This document shows, one piece after another, positions 1 through 7,544 of a stretch of DNA of 32,000 nucleotides. Numbering within the stretch: position 1 is the first letter of the stretch; every line of letters begins with the position of its first letter. The notes under the pieces were generated by a model. The model saw only the letters and a program-made list of their open reading frames with translations, did not search any database and was not told where the DNA came from. Location of the stretch: assembly GCF_042660085.1 (NCBI RefSeq), contig NZ_JBHSTI010000008.1, positions 840,001-872,000 on the forward strand. The letters are read 5' to 3'. This DNA is from Longivirga aurantiaca. GTDB taxonomy: Bacteria; Actinomycetota; Actinomycetes; S36-B12; CAIYMF01. The position numbers were made by a program, and so were the translations under genes.

Positions 1-206
1 AGATCAAGGCGACCTCGGTGCCGAAGTTCCGCGCCGGCGCCGAGTTCAAGTCCACCGTGGCCGGCAAGAAGAAGGCCCCGGCCAAGAAGGCTGCTCCGGC
101 CGCCAAGAAGGCCCCGGCGAAGAAGGCCGCCCCGGCCAAGAAGGCTGCTCCGGCCGCCAAGAAGGCTGCTCCGGCCAAGAAGGCCGCGCCCGCGCGCAAG
201 CGCTGA
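1..206 (+). CDS. hupB: HU/histone-like DNA-binding protein, 3' end only (Lys/Ala/Pro-rich C-terminal tail); the gene starts upstream of the window
   Basis: Translation reads ...KFRAGAEFKSTVAGKKKAPAKKAAPAAKKAPAKKAAPAKKAAPAAKKAAPAKKAAPARKR*. The KFRAG end of the HU fold followed by PAKKA repeats is typical of actinobacterial HupB/Hlp. A strong hairpin follows. Confidence 0.8.
   Translation, partial: IKATSVPKFRAGAEFKSTVAGKKKAPAKKAAPAAKKAPAKKAAPAKKAAPAAKKAAPAKKAAPARKR
64..200 (+). repeat. Degenerate tandem coding repeats (units like GCCAAGAAGGCTGCTCCG) encoding the (P)AKKAA tail of HU
   Basis: aagaaggc(c/t)gc(t/c)ccggcc recurs many times in phase with the HU reading frame. Confidence 0.7.
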
Positions 207-242
207 TCCGGGCGGCTCCGGCCGCATCGGTGCACCACCTCC

Positions 243-280
243 GGAGAGGGCCCGGGTCCACGAGGACCCGGGCCCTCTCC
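243..280. terminator. Perfect 17-bp stem hairpin between convergent genes (candidate bidirectional terminator)
   Basis: GGAGAGGGCCCGGGTCC-ACGA-GGACCCGGGCCCTCTCC lies between the hupB stop (204-206) and the stop of the minus-strand small ORF (297). Confidence 0.7.
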
Positions 281-296
281 GCGCGTCCTGACCCGC

Positions 297-506
297 TCAG
301 GCGGGAAGGGTGACGCGCACGGCGATGCCGTCGACCAGGTGGAGGTGCACGCGCTGGCCGCTGCGCAGCAGAAGGAGCCCGCCGGCGGCGAAGGCCGCAG
401 CGTCGTACGCCGCCTCGGTGCCGTCGTCGAGCAGCACGCTGCCGGCGCCGGTCGCGGGGTCGTGGACGCGGACGGTCGCGACCACCACGCCGACCGCGTC
501 AGTCAC
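297..506 (-). CDS. Small hypothetical protein (69 aa), apparently translationally coupled to fbiD/cofC
   Basis: GTG at 504-506 overlaps the upstream gene's stop (GTGACTGA). The product is VTDAVGVVVATVRVHDPATGAGSVLLDDGTEAAYDAAAFAAGGLLLLRSGQRVHLHLVDGIAVRVTLPA. I recognise no family. Confidence 0.4.
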   Translation of the reverse strand: MTDAVGVVVATVRVHDPATGAGSVLLDDGTEAAYDAAAFAAGGLLLLRSGQRVHLHLVDGIAVRVTLPA

Positions 507-1158
507 CGTGCACCAGTGCTGCCGTGGCCGGCCCGAGCCCGAGGCGTCCGGCGTCCCAGAGGTCGACCTCGGTGTCGACGTCCCGACGTAGACCGGGGGC
601 GGGGCCGGGCTCGAGCGCGACCGCTCCGGATGCCGCGTGCGCAGCCCTCGAGCGCGGGCCGAAACGGGGGCCGAGATCGCTGCCCGGCCGGGCCGTGAGC
701 AGGGTCGTGCCAGTGCCGGCGGCGTCGGCCACGAACCCACGCGCCACCTCGCCGCCCGCCTCGAGGGCGCGTCGCAGCTCGTCCGAGCGGAGCGCCGGGA
801 GGTCTGCCACCAGCGCCGCCAGCGCGACGTCCGGCTGCTCGAGCCGCAGCTGCGCGGCCACGGCCTCGACCAGCTCGTTCAGCCCGGCGCCCTCGATGTC
901 GGGCACCCACCGGGCACCCAGGCCGGACACCGCCGACCGCACCTCCGCGTCGTCCGACGCCACCACGACCGAGCGGACCCGCTCGCACGCCAGTGCCGCG
1001 CGCACCGTGTCGACCGCGAAGGCGAGGGCGAGGCTGCGCCGTTCGGGAGCCGGGCGCCCGGAAAGCCGGGTCTTGGCGCGATCGAGCCGCTTCACGGGCG
1101 CGACGACGACCCAGTCGAGAGGGCTGGACGGGGAAGGCACGACCACATCCTCGCCCAT
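499..1158 (-). CDS. fbiD: 2-phospho-L-lactate / phosphoenolpyruvate guanylyltransferase (F420 biosynthesis, CofC/FbiD)
   Basis: ATG at 1156-1158. VVVAPVKRLDRAKTRL, FVADAAGTGTTLL, GPRFGPRSRAAHAASGAVAL, GLRRDVDTEVDL and LGLGPATA line up with mycobacterial FbiD as I remember it. The position next to gpsA/ddl matches mycobacterial synteny. Confidence 0.8.
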   Translation of the reverse strand: MGEDVVVPSPSSPLDWVVVAPVKRLDRAKTRLSGRPAPERRSLALAFAVDTVRAALACERVRSVVVASDDAEVRSAVSGLGARWVPDIEGAGLNELVEAVAAQLRLEQPDVALAALVADLPALRSDELRRALEAGGEVARGFVADAAGTGTTLLTARPGSDLGPRFGPRSRAAHAASGAVALEPGPAPGLRRDVDTEVDLWDAGRLGLGPATAALVHGD

Positions 1159-1234
1159 CGGCGGTGTCAGGCTGGACCCGCGCCCCTGCGGAGGCGAGGA
1201 TCGGCACCCGAGACGGCGAGAGGAGGCCCGGCGG

Positions 1235-2056
1235 ATGGCCAAGCGAGCAAGCGGCAAGCACCTCGGGTTCTGGTACCTCTTCTGCGTCGGGCTCCTGAAG
1301 CCGTGGCTCCTGCTGCTGACCCGCCGCGACTGGCGCGGGGTGGAGCACCTCAGGCCGGAGATCCTGCCGGACGGCTCCCAGGAGGGCGTCGTGGTGTGCC
1401 CGAACCACATCTCGTGGTTCGACCCGCTCGTGAGCGCGCACTTCTTCTACGACAACGGGCGTCCGCCGCGCTTCCTCGGCAAGGAGTCGGTGTTCCGGGT
1501 GCCGGTCGTCGGATGGCTCCTGCGGCAGGCGGGCCAGATCCCGGTCTACCGGGAGACGGCTGACGCCGCCAACGCCATACGTGACGCGATCTCGGCGGTG
1601 CAGCGCGGGGAGTGCGTCGTGCTCTACCCCGAGGGGACCATCACCCGGGACCCTGGCATCTGGCCGATGCGCGGGAAGACGGGCGCCGCCCGCGTGGCGC
1701 TGCTGAGCGGCGCACCGCTGATCCCCGTCGCCATGTGGGGGCCGCAGGCCGTGATGCGCCCGTACGTCAAGGAGTTCCGGATCCTGCCCCGCAAGACCAT
1801 GCAGGTGGTGGCAGGCCCGGCGGTTGATATCGACGACCTCCGTGGCAGGCCGCTCGACGCCGAACTGCTGCAGGAGGCGACCGACAGGCTCGTCGACGCG
1901 ATCGTGCTGCTGGTCGAGGGCCTGAGGGGGGAGACTGCACCCGCGGAGCGGTTCGACTTCAAGGCCTACCGGGCCGCACAGGCTGCTGCGGCGGGGGAGA
2001 CGTCAGGGCAGCAGGGCCCCGTCGGCACGGACGAGCAGGAGAGGTCGCAGGACTGA
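1235..2056 (+). CDS. Lysophospholipid (1-acyl-sn-glycerol-3-phosphate) acyltransferase family protein
   Basis: ATG at 1235 follows GAGAGGAGG. The acyltransferase motifs NHISWFD (HX4D) and YPEGTITRD are present, after an N-terminal hydrophobic segment. The stop overlaps the gpsA start (TGATG). Confidence 0.8.
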   Translation: MAKRASGKHLGFWYLFCVGLLKPWLLLLTRRDWRGVEHLRPEILPDGSQEGVVVCPNHISWFDPLVSAHFFYDNGRPPRFLGKESVFRVPVVGWLLRQAGQIPVYRETADAANAIRDAISAVQRGECVVLYPEGTITRDPGIWPMRGKTGAARVALLSGAPLIPVAMWGPQAVMRPYVKEFRILPRKTMQVVAGPAVDIDDLRGRPLDAELLQEATDRLVDAIVLLVEGLRGETAPAERFDFKAYRAAQAAAAGETSGQQGPVGTDEQERSQD

Positions 2057-3060
2057 TGCGTATCGCGGTCATGGGCACGGGGTCGTGGGGCACGGCGTAC
2101 GCGATGGTGCTCGCGGACGCCGGCAACGAGGTCGTCATGTGGGGCCGCGACGCCGAGCTCTGCGAGGCGATCACCTCGACGCACGAGAACCCGCGCTACC
2201 ACCCGGGGATCGCGCTGCCGACCTCGCTCCGGGCGACGACCAACCCCGGCGAGGCTCTGGGCGGCGTGACGGTGGCGGTGCTCGCCGTCCCCGCGCAGAC
2301 GTTGCGCGCGAACCTCGGCTCGTGGACCGACGTCCTCCCCAGGGGTGCGGTGCTCGTCTCGCTCATGAAGGGCGTGGAGCAGGGCACCACGAAGCGGATG
2401 AGCGAGGTCGCGGCGGAGGTCGCCGGCGTCGACGCCATGCAGGTGGCGGTGGTGTCGGGGCCCAACCTCGCGCGCGAGATCGCCGAGCGCCAGCCGGCGG
2501 CGACCACGATCGCCTGCCCGAACCCGGCCACGGCCGAGCTCCTCGCCGAGGCGAGCACGACGGCGTACTTCCGGCCCTACTGGACCACCGATGTCGTGGG
2601 CACCGAGATCGGCGGGTCGGTGAAGAACGTCGTGGCCCTCGCGAACGGCATGGCCGTCGGCATGGGGTACGGCGAGAACGCGCAGTCCGCGCTCATCACG
2701 CGTGGCCTGGCCGAGATGACGCGCCTCGGCGTGGCTCTCGGCGCGTCGCCGCTGACGTTCCTCGGTCTCGCCGGGATCGGCGACCTGGTGGCGACCTGCC
2801 AGTCGCCGCTGTCGCGCAACCGCACCTTCGGCGAGCACCTCGGCCGCGGACTCACGCTCGACCAGGCCACCGCGGAGATGAAGCAGACCTGCGAGGGCGT
2901 GAAGTCGTGCCGGGCGATCCTCGAGCTCGCCCAGCGACAGGGCGTGGAGATGCCGATCACCGAGCAGGTCGTCGAGGTCGTGCACGCGGGCCTCGACCCG
3001 CGCGAGATGCTCCAGGCCTTCATGAGCCGCAGCCTGAAGGCCGAGGCCGAGGTCGGCTGA
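2056..3060 (+). CDS. gpsA: NAD(P)H-dependent glycerol-3-phosphate dehydrogenase
   Basis: MRIAVMGTGSWGTAYAMVLA is a Rossmann motif. HENPRYHPG, GPNLAREI, GSVKNVVALANG and NRTFGEHLGRG are typical GpsA blocks. Confidence 0.93.
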   Translation: MRIAVMGTGSWGTAYAMVLADAGNEVVMWGRDAELCEAITSTHENPRYHPGIALPTSLRATTNPGEALGGVTVAVLAVPAQTLRANLGSWTDVLPRGAVLVSLMKGVEQGTTKRMSEVAAEVAGVDAMQVAVVSGPNLAREIAERQPAATTIACPNPATAELLAEASTTAYFRPYWTTDVVGTEIGGSVKNVVALANGMAVGMGYGENAQSALITRGLAEMTRLGVALGASPLTFLGLAGIGDLVATCQSPLSRNRTFGEHLGRGLTLDQATAEMKQTCEGVKSCRAILELAQRQGVEMPITEQVVEVVHAGLDPREMLQAFMSRSLKAEAEVG

Positions 3061-3161
3061 CGTTCGCGATGGATGCGACCTTCATCCAAGAGAGCCGAGC
3101 AATCCGGCCATCATCCGGTCGTTCTCGATGATGGTCGCCTTCATCCAGAACGGGCGTCCCC

Positions 3162-4292
3162 CTACGGGGTGAGGGCGTCGAGCGCCTGGGCCAGGTCCGT
3201 CCAGAGGTCGTCGACGTCCTCGATGCCGACCGAGAGGCGGATGAGCGTCTCAGGGATGTCCGGGCGCTCCTCGATCCACCGCCGCCGGCGCTCCCACGAG
3301 GTCTCGACGCCGCCGAGGCTCGTCGCGTGGATGACGACCGAGGTGCGGTCGCACATCGCGTCGGTCTCCTCCGCGGTGCCGGTCGTCTCGAACGACACGA
3401 TCGTCCCGAAGCCGCTCATCTGCTTGGCCGCCACGAGGTGCCCGGGGTCGTCCGGCAGCCCGGGGTAGCGGACGTTGCGCACAGCGGGGTGCGACTGCAG
3501 CCGCGTGGCGAGCTCGTACGCCGAGGCCTGGGCCTGGCGCAGGCGCAGCGCCAGCGTCCGGACCCCGCGCAGGGCCAGGTAGGCGTCGAGCGGGCCGGGG
3601 ATCGCCCCGACCAGGGTGCGCACCCGCAGCAGCCTCGCGAGCAGGTCCTGATCAGCAGTAACGACCGCGCCCATGAGCACGTCGGAGTGGCCCGCCAGGG
3701 CCTTCGTCGCCGAGTGCACGACGACGTCCGCACCGAGCGCGAGCGGGCGCTGCAGCAACGGAGTGGCGAAGGTGTTGTCGCACACCGTGAGGGCGCCGTG
3801 CGCGCGCGCGGCAGCCGTGGCGGCGGCGAGGTCGCACACCTCCAGGGCGGGGTTGGTCGGTGTCTCGATCCAGAGCACCGAGGCGCCCTCGCAGGCGGCG
3901 GCGACGGCGTCCGGGTCGTCGATCTGCACGAGCCGTACGACGACGCGGCCGGCGGCCTCGAGGTCGCGGAGCCGCGCCGCGGTGCCGGAGTAGGAGTGCG
4001 ACGACACCACCACGACGCCGCCGGTGGGCACGAGGTCGAGCACCGCGGACACCGCGCCCATGCCGCTCGCGAAGGCCAGGCAGCGGCCGCCCTCGAGCAG
4101 GCCGAGCGCCTCCTCGAACGCCTCCCACGACGGGTTGGACGTCCGGGCGTACCCGACGGGCCCGCCCGCGTGGAAGGTGGAGCTCAGCACCACGGGCACG
4201 TTCACGGGCGCATCGGGTGCGGCCTCGGGACGTCCTGCGGACACGACGACGGTCTCGGGGCGCAGCGTCTCGGGCGGCTGGGGCTCGGTCAC
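3162..4292 (-). CDS. Cys/Met-metabolism PLP-dependent enzyme (cystathionine gamma-synthase/lyase family)
   Basis: GTG start at 4290-4292. The PLP-lysine block HSATKALAGHSDVLMG is present, with WIETPTNP, DNTFATP and ATSLGGVETS. Synthase versus lyase cannot be told from sequence alone. Confidence 0.85.
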   Translation of the reverse strand: MTEPQPPETLRPETVVVSAGRPEAAPDAPVNVPVVLSSTFHAGGPVGYARTSNPSWEAFEEALGLLEGGRCLAFASGMGAVSAVLDLVPTGGVVVVSSHSYSGTAARLRDLEAAGRVVVRLVQIDDPDAVAAACEGASVLWIETPTNPALEVCDLAAATAAARAHGALTVCDNTFATPLLQRPLALGADVVVHSATKALAGHSDVLMGAVVTADQDLLARLLRVRTLVGAIPGPLDAYLALRGVRTLALRLRQAQASAYELATRLQSHPAVRNVRYPGLPDDPGHLVAAKQMSGFGTIVSFETTGTAEETDAMCDRTSVVIHATSLGGVETSWERRRRWIEERPDIPETLIRLSVGIEDVDDLWTDLAQALDALTP

Positions 4293-4356
4293 GTGAGGAC
4301 GCTAGCCGACCGAAGCCTGCCGGGGGCACCGACTGCACCCCACTAGGGTTGACGCC

Positions 4357-5469
4357 GTGAGCGAGCCCCGACGCATCCGAGTCGCCGTCGTCTTCGGTGG
4401 GCGCTCCAGCGAGCACGCGATCTCCTGCGTCTCGGCCGGCTCGGTGCTCCGTGCCCTGGACCGCCAGCGGTACGACGTCGTCCCGATCGGGCTCACCACG
4501 GACGGTCGCTGGGTGCTCGAGAGCGACGACCCGGACCGCCTGCGCATCACCGACGGCGTGCTGCCTGAGGTCGACGGCAGCGGCACCTCGCTCGTGCTGC
4601 CCGGGGACCCGACCCGGCGCGACCTCGAGGTGCACGCTCCCGGCGACGTGCCGGGCACGCTCGCCGGGGTCGACGTCGTCTTCCCCGTCCTGCACGGCGC
4701 GTACGGCGAGGACGGCACGATCCAGGGCCTGCTCGAGATGGCCGGCGTGCCGTACGTCGGGAGCGGCGTCCTCGCCTCTGCCGCCGCGATGGACAAGGGC
4801 GTCATGAAGGCGCTGTTCGCGAACGCCGGCCTCGCGCAGGCGCCGTACGCCGTCATCACCGACCGAGACTGGGCGCGCGACCGCGACGGCGCCCTGGCGC
4901 GCGTCGCGGAGCTCGGCCTGCCCGTGTTCGTGAAGCCTGCACGGGCCGGATCCTCGCTCGGCATCACGAAGGTGTCCGACGCCGACGGCCTCGTCGCCGC
5001 GATCGAGGCTGCGCGCGCGCATGACCCGCGCGTGGTGGTGGAGGCCTCGGTCGAGAGCGCCCGCGAGATCGAGTGCGGCGTGCTCGTGGATGCCGACGGT
5101 GTCCCGCAGCCGAGCGTGTGCGCCGAGATCGTGGTGAAGGGCGACCACGAGTTCTACGACTTCGATGCCAAGTACCTCGACGACGCCGCCGACCTCGTCG
5201 TACCCGCCGATCTGCCCGCCGACGTGAGCGACCAGGTTCGTGCCCTCGCCGTCCGCGCGTTCGACGCGCTGTCGTGCGAGGGGCTCGCCCGGTGCGACTT
5301 CTTCGTCGACGCCGACGGCCGCGTGCTCATCAACGAGGTCAACACGATGCCGGGGTTCACCTCGATCTCGATGTTCCCCCGCGTGTGGCAGGAGACCGGC
5401 GTCGACTACCCGACGCTCGTCGACCGCCTCGTCGCCGACGCCCTGCGTCGCGGCACCGGCCTGCGCTAG
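4357..5469 (+). CDS. ddl: D-alanine--D-alanine ligase
   Basis: RIRVAVVFGGRSSEHAISCVSAGSV, VVFPVLHGAYGEDGTIQGLLEMAGVPYVG, KPARAGSSLGI and INEVNTMPGFT are classic Ddl motifs. Confidence 0.93.
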   Translation: MSEPRRIRVAVVFGGRSSEHAISCVSAGSVLRALDRQRYDVVPIGLTTDGRWVLESDDPDRLRITDGVLPEVDGSGTSLVLPGDPTRRDLEVHAPGDVPGTLAGVDVVFPVLHGAYGEDGTIQGLLEMAGVPYVGSGVLASAAAMDKGVMKALFANAGLAQAPYAVITDRDWARDRDGALARVAELGLPVFVKPARAGSSLGITKVSDADGLVAAIEAARAHDPRVVVEASVESAREIECGVLVDADGVPQPSVCAEIVVKGDHEFYDFDAKYLDDAADLVVPADLPADVSDQVRALAVRAFDALSCEGLARCDFFVDADGRVLINEVNTMPGFTSISMFPRVWQETGVDYPTLVDRLVADALRRGTGLR

Positions 5470-5477
5470 GCCGACCC

Positions 5478-7172
5478 TCAGGCGACGACGAGCGCGTCGC
5501 CTCGCGCGTCCAGCACGGTGAGGCCGTACGCCACCGCCCACCGGTGGCCGAGGGCACCTGCGACATCGGCCCGTCCGGGCGTCGACCCCGGCAGCGCGCG
5601 CACCACGAGGTCGAGCAGCTCGGAGTCGCCAGCCGGTCCGCCGACGAGCAGCACGTCCACACCGGCCGCCATGCCGGACGTCGCCCGCGCGATGTTGTCC
5701 CCCACCACGGCGCGCTTGAGGTGCTGGCGCAGCATCCGCCATTCGCCGGGGGCGAGCCGCCGGTGGAACGGCAGAAGACCGGCCGGGCCTGGCACGACGA
5801 GGGATCCGACGGCGTCGGCGGGCACAGCCGTCTCGACGAACCGGCGCTCGCCGTCCTCGCCCACCAGCACGTGCGGCCCCTCGAGCCGCGACGACGCCCC
5901 GCGCTTGGCCCACTCCGCGGCCCCGCGCGGCACGTCGAGCACGTGCGCCACCGCAGCGGTGAGCAGGTCGCCCGCGCCGGCCACGACGCGGGCCTCCTCG
6001 CCGTCAGGCACCACGTCGACGGTGCCGCCACCGAGGTCGATCACGAGAGCGCCCGGACGTGCGGACGGCGTGGTCATCGCACCGGTGCGCGCTGCGTGAG
6101 CCTCCGACGACACCCGGGACACGGGGACGCCGAGCGCGTGCGCCAGGACCGCGGCCGGATCGTCGTCGGGTGACGCGGAGGCCAGCGTGGCAATGGCGAC
6201 GGCCCGGCCGTTGACCGACCGGGGCCGTGCGGCGGCGCTCGCACCGACCGCGTCGAGGTCGACCGCCCAGGCGTCGTCGACGACGTGCTCGACGAGCCGG
6301 CCGCGGGTGGGCAGCCCGACGGCGACCACCGCACCCCGCGGTTGCGGCGCCGCTGCCAGCTCGTGCAGTGACGACCTGTGTCCCCAAGCCGTTCGCGCCC
6401 AGGCGATGTCGGCGTCGTCGGCCGTGCTGCGGGGCATCGGCGACCCGATCCCCACGGCGGCGTCGCGCAGGCCGCGCAGGGACGCCGCCGCGGCCTCGGC
6501 GGCCGCGTGCTCCGCGCTGTCGAGGTCGAGCAGCGCGGCGACCCGCACCGGATCGACGAGCTGGGCGAGGCCGTGCTCGGCCACCTCGACCGCAACCAGC
6601 GAGCAGGCGAGCGCGGCGTCGGTGTCGACCTGGTCGACGACCGGCACAGGGCGCGAGATGCGCCGGCTCACGAGCACCGCCTCGTCGCCGGCGAGCAGCA
6701 CGGCGACGACGTCGGCTCCGGCGGCCTGCCACACGTCGATCCGTTCGGACGTCGCGCGATAGCCGCGCGGATCGCGCGCCACGAGGACCACTGGACCATC
6801 GACCGCACCCGGTTCGTCGGCGAGGTCGACGGGCCGTCCCACGCCGGCTCCGGGAGCGCCCGGCGTGGCACTGCCCGATCCGAGCACCCGCAACCGCCCG
6901 GTGTCCGGCGGGGTTGCAGGCAGGACGAGGGTGTGCGAGTCGACGGGGCGCTGAGGAGCGACGACCACGCGGGTGACCTCGACGCCCGCCTTGCGCGCGA
7001 GCCGACGTACGACGACCGCGGCGGCCGACGCCGCAGCGGCGGAGCCCTTGCGGCCCCGCGTGGGAGTGCGCTCCCACACCAGCGGCATCGGAGGTACGAC
7101 CGAGACGTCGACCAGCACGACCTCGGTGGTGGCGTTGCCGACGTCGACCCCCGCGACGACCGTGCGCGTCAT
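5478..7172 (-). CDS. Diol/glycerol dehydratase reactivase, large (alpha, DdrA/PduG-like) subunit
   Basis: The N-terminus MTRTVVAGVDVGNATTEVVLV matches the (I)AG(I/V)D(I/V)GN(A/S)TTEV actin-like ATPase start of DdrA/PduG. A second nucleotide-binding-like block reads VIDLGGGTVDV. It is the last gene of the dehydratase operon. Confidence 0.8.
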   Translation of the reverse strand: MTRTVVAGVDVGNATTEVVLVDVSVVPPMPLVWERTPTRGRKGSAAAASAAAVVVRRLARKAGVEVTRVVVAPQRPVDSHTLVLPATPPDTGRLRVLGSGSATPGAPGAGVGRPVDLADEPGAVDGPVVLVARDPRGYRATSERIDVWQAAGADVVAVLLAGDEAVLVSRRISRPVPVVDQVDTDAALACSLVAVEVAEHGLAQLVDPVRVAALLDLDSAEHAAAEAAAASLRGLRDAAVGIGSPMPRSTADDADIAWARTAWGHRSSLHELAAAPQPRGAVVAVGLPTRGRLVEHVVDDAWAVDLDAVGASAAARPRSVNGRAVAIATLASASPDDDPAAVLAHALGVPVSRVSSEAHAARTGAMTTPSARPGALVIDLGGGTVDVVPDGEEARVVAGAGDLLTAAVAHVLDVPRGAAEWAKRGASSRLEGPHVLVGEDGERRFVETAVPADAVGSLVVPGPAGLLPFHRRLAPGEWRMLRQHLKRAVVGDNIARATSGMAAGVDVLLVGGPAGDSELLDLVVRALPGSTPGRADVAGALGHRWAVAYGLTVLDARGDALVVA

Positions 7173-7181
7173 CGCACCCGC

Positions 7182-7544
7182 TCAGCCCTCGGCCAGCAGG
7201 CCGCGACGGGCGTACGCGGCCGCGGCCTCACGGACGAGCGCCGCATTGAGGGCCGCGCCGCGCGACTCGAGCGAGGCGGCGATGGTCTCGAGCTGCACGG
7301 TCGTCGAGCGACGTGGCCGCAGCGCGTCGTAGACCGCGAGCACCTCGTCGTCGGGCAGCCCGGTGAGCTCGGCGGCGCGTCGCAGGTTGGCCGCGAGCTG
7401 CGGGTTGGCGTTCGCCTCGGCGACTGTCGCCTGGTGCTCGAGGGTGTCGGGGTGGATGCGGATGTCGTCGATGGACACCAGTCCGTCGCGGACGGCGTCG
7501 AGGGTGATCTCGCTGCTGTCGCGGCCCGAGCGCGCGGTGGTCAT
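7182..7544 (-). CDS. B12-dependent diol/glycerol dehydratase small (gamma, PduE/DhaB3-like) subunit, short form
   Basis: ITLDAVRDGLVSIDDIRIHPDTLEHQATVAE, NLRRAAELTGLPDDEVLAVYDALRPRRST and VREAAAAYARRGLL align with PduE core blocks (ITPETLRLQA, NFERAAELTAVPDDRILEIYNALRPYRST). The ATG overlaps the upstream stop (ATGA). Confidence 0.85.
   Translation of the reverse strand: MTTARSGRDSSEITLDAVRDGLVSIDDIRIHPDTLEHQATVAEANANPQLAANLRRAAELTGLPDDEVLAVYDALRPRRSTTVQLETIAASLESRGAALNAALVREAAAAYARRGLLAEG

Noticed and set aside
3652-5913. 753-aa minus-strand ORF spanning the PLP-enzyme, ddl and reactivase regions
   Set aside because: The translation is Arg/Ala/Gly/Pro-rich and low in complexity. It runs antisense or out of frame to three genes with clear family signatures. 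It is a typical shadow ORF of high-GC DNA.
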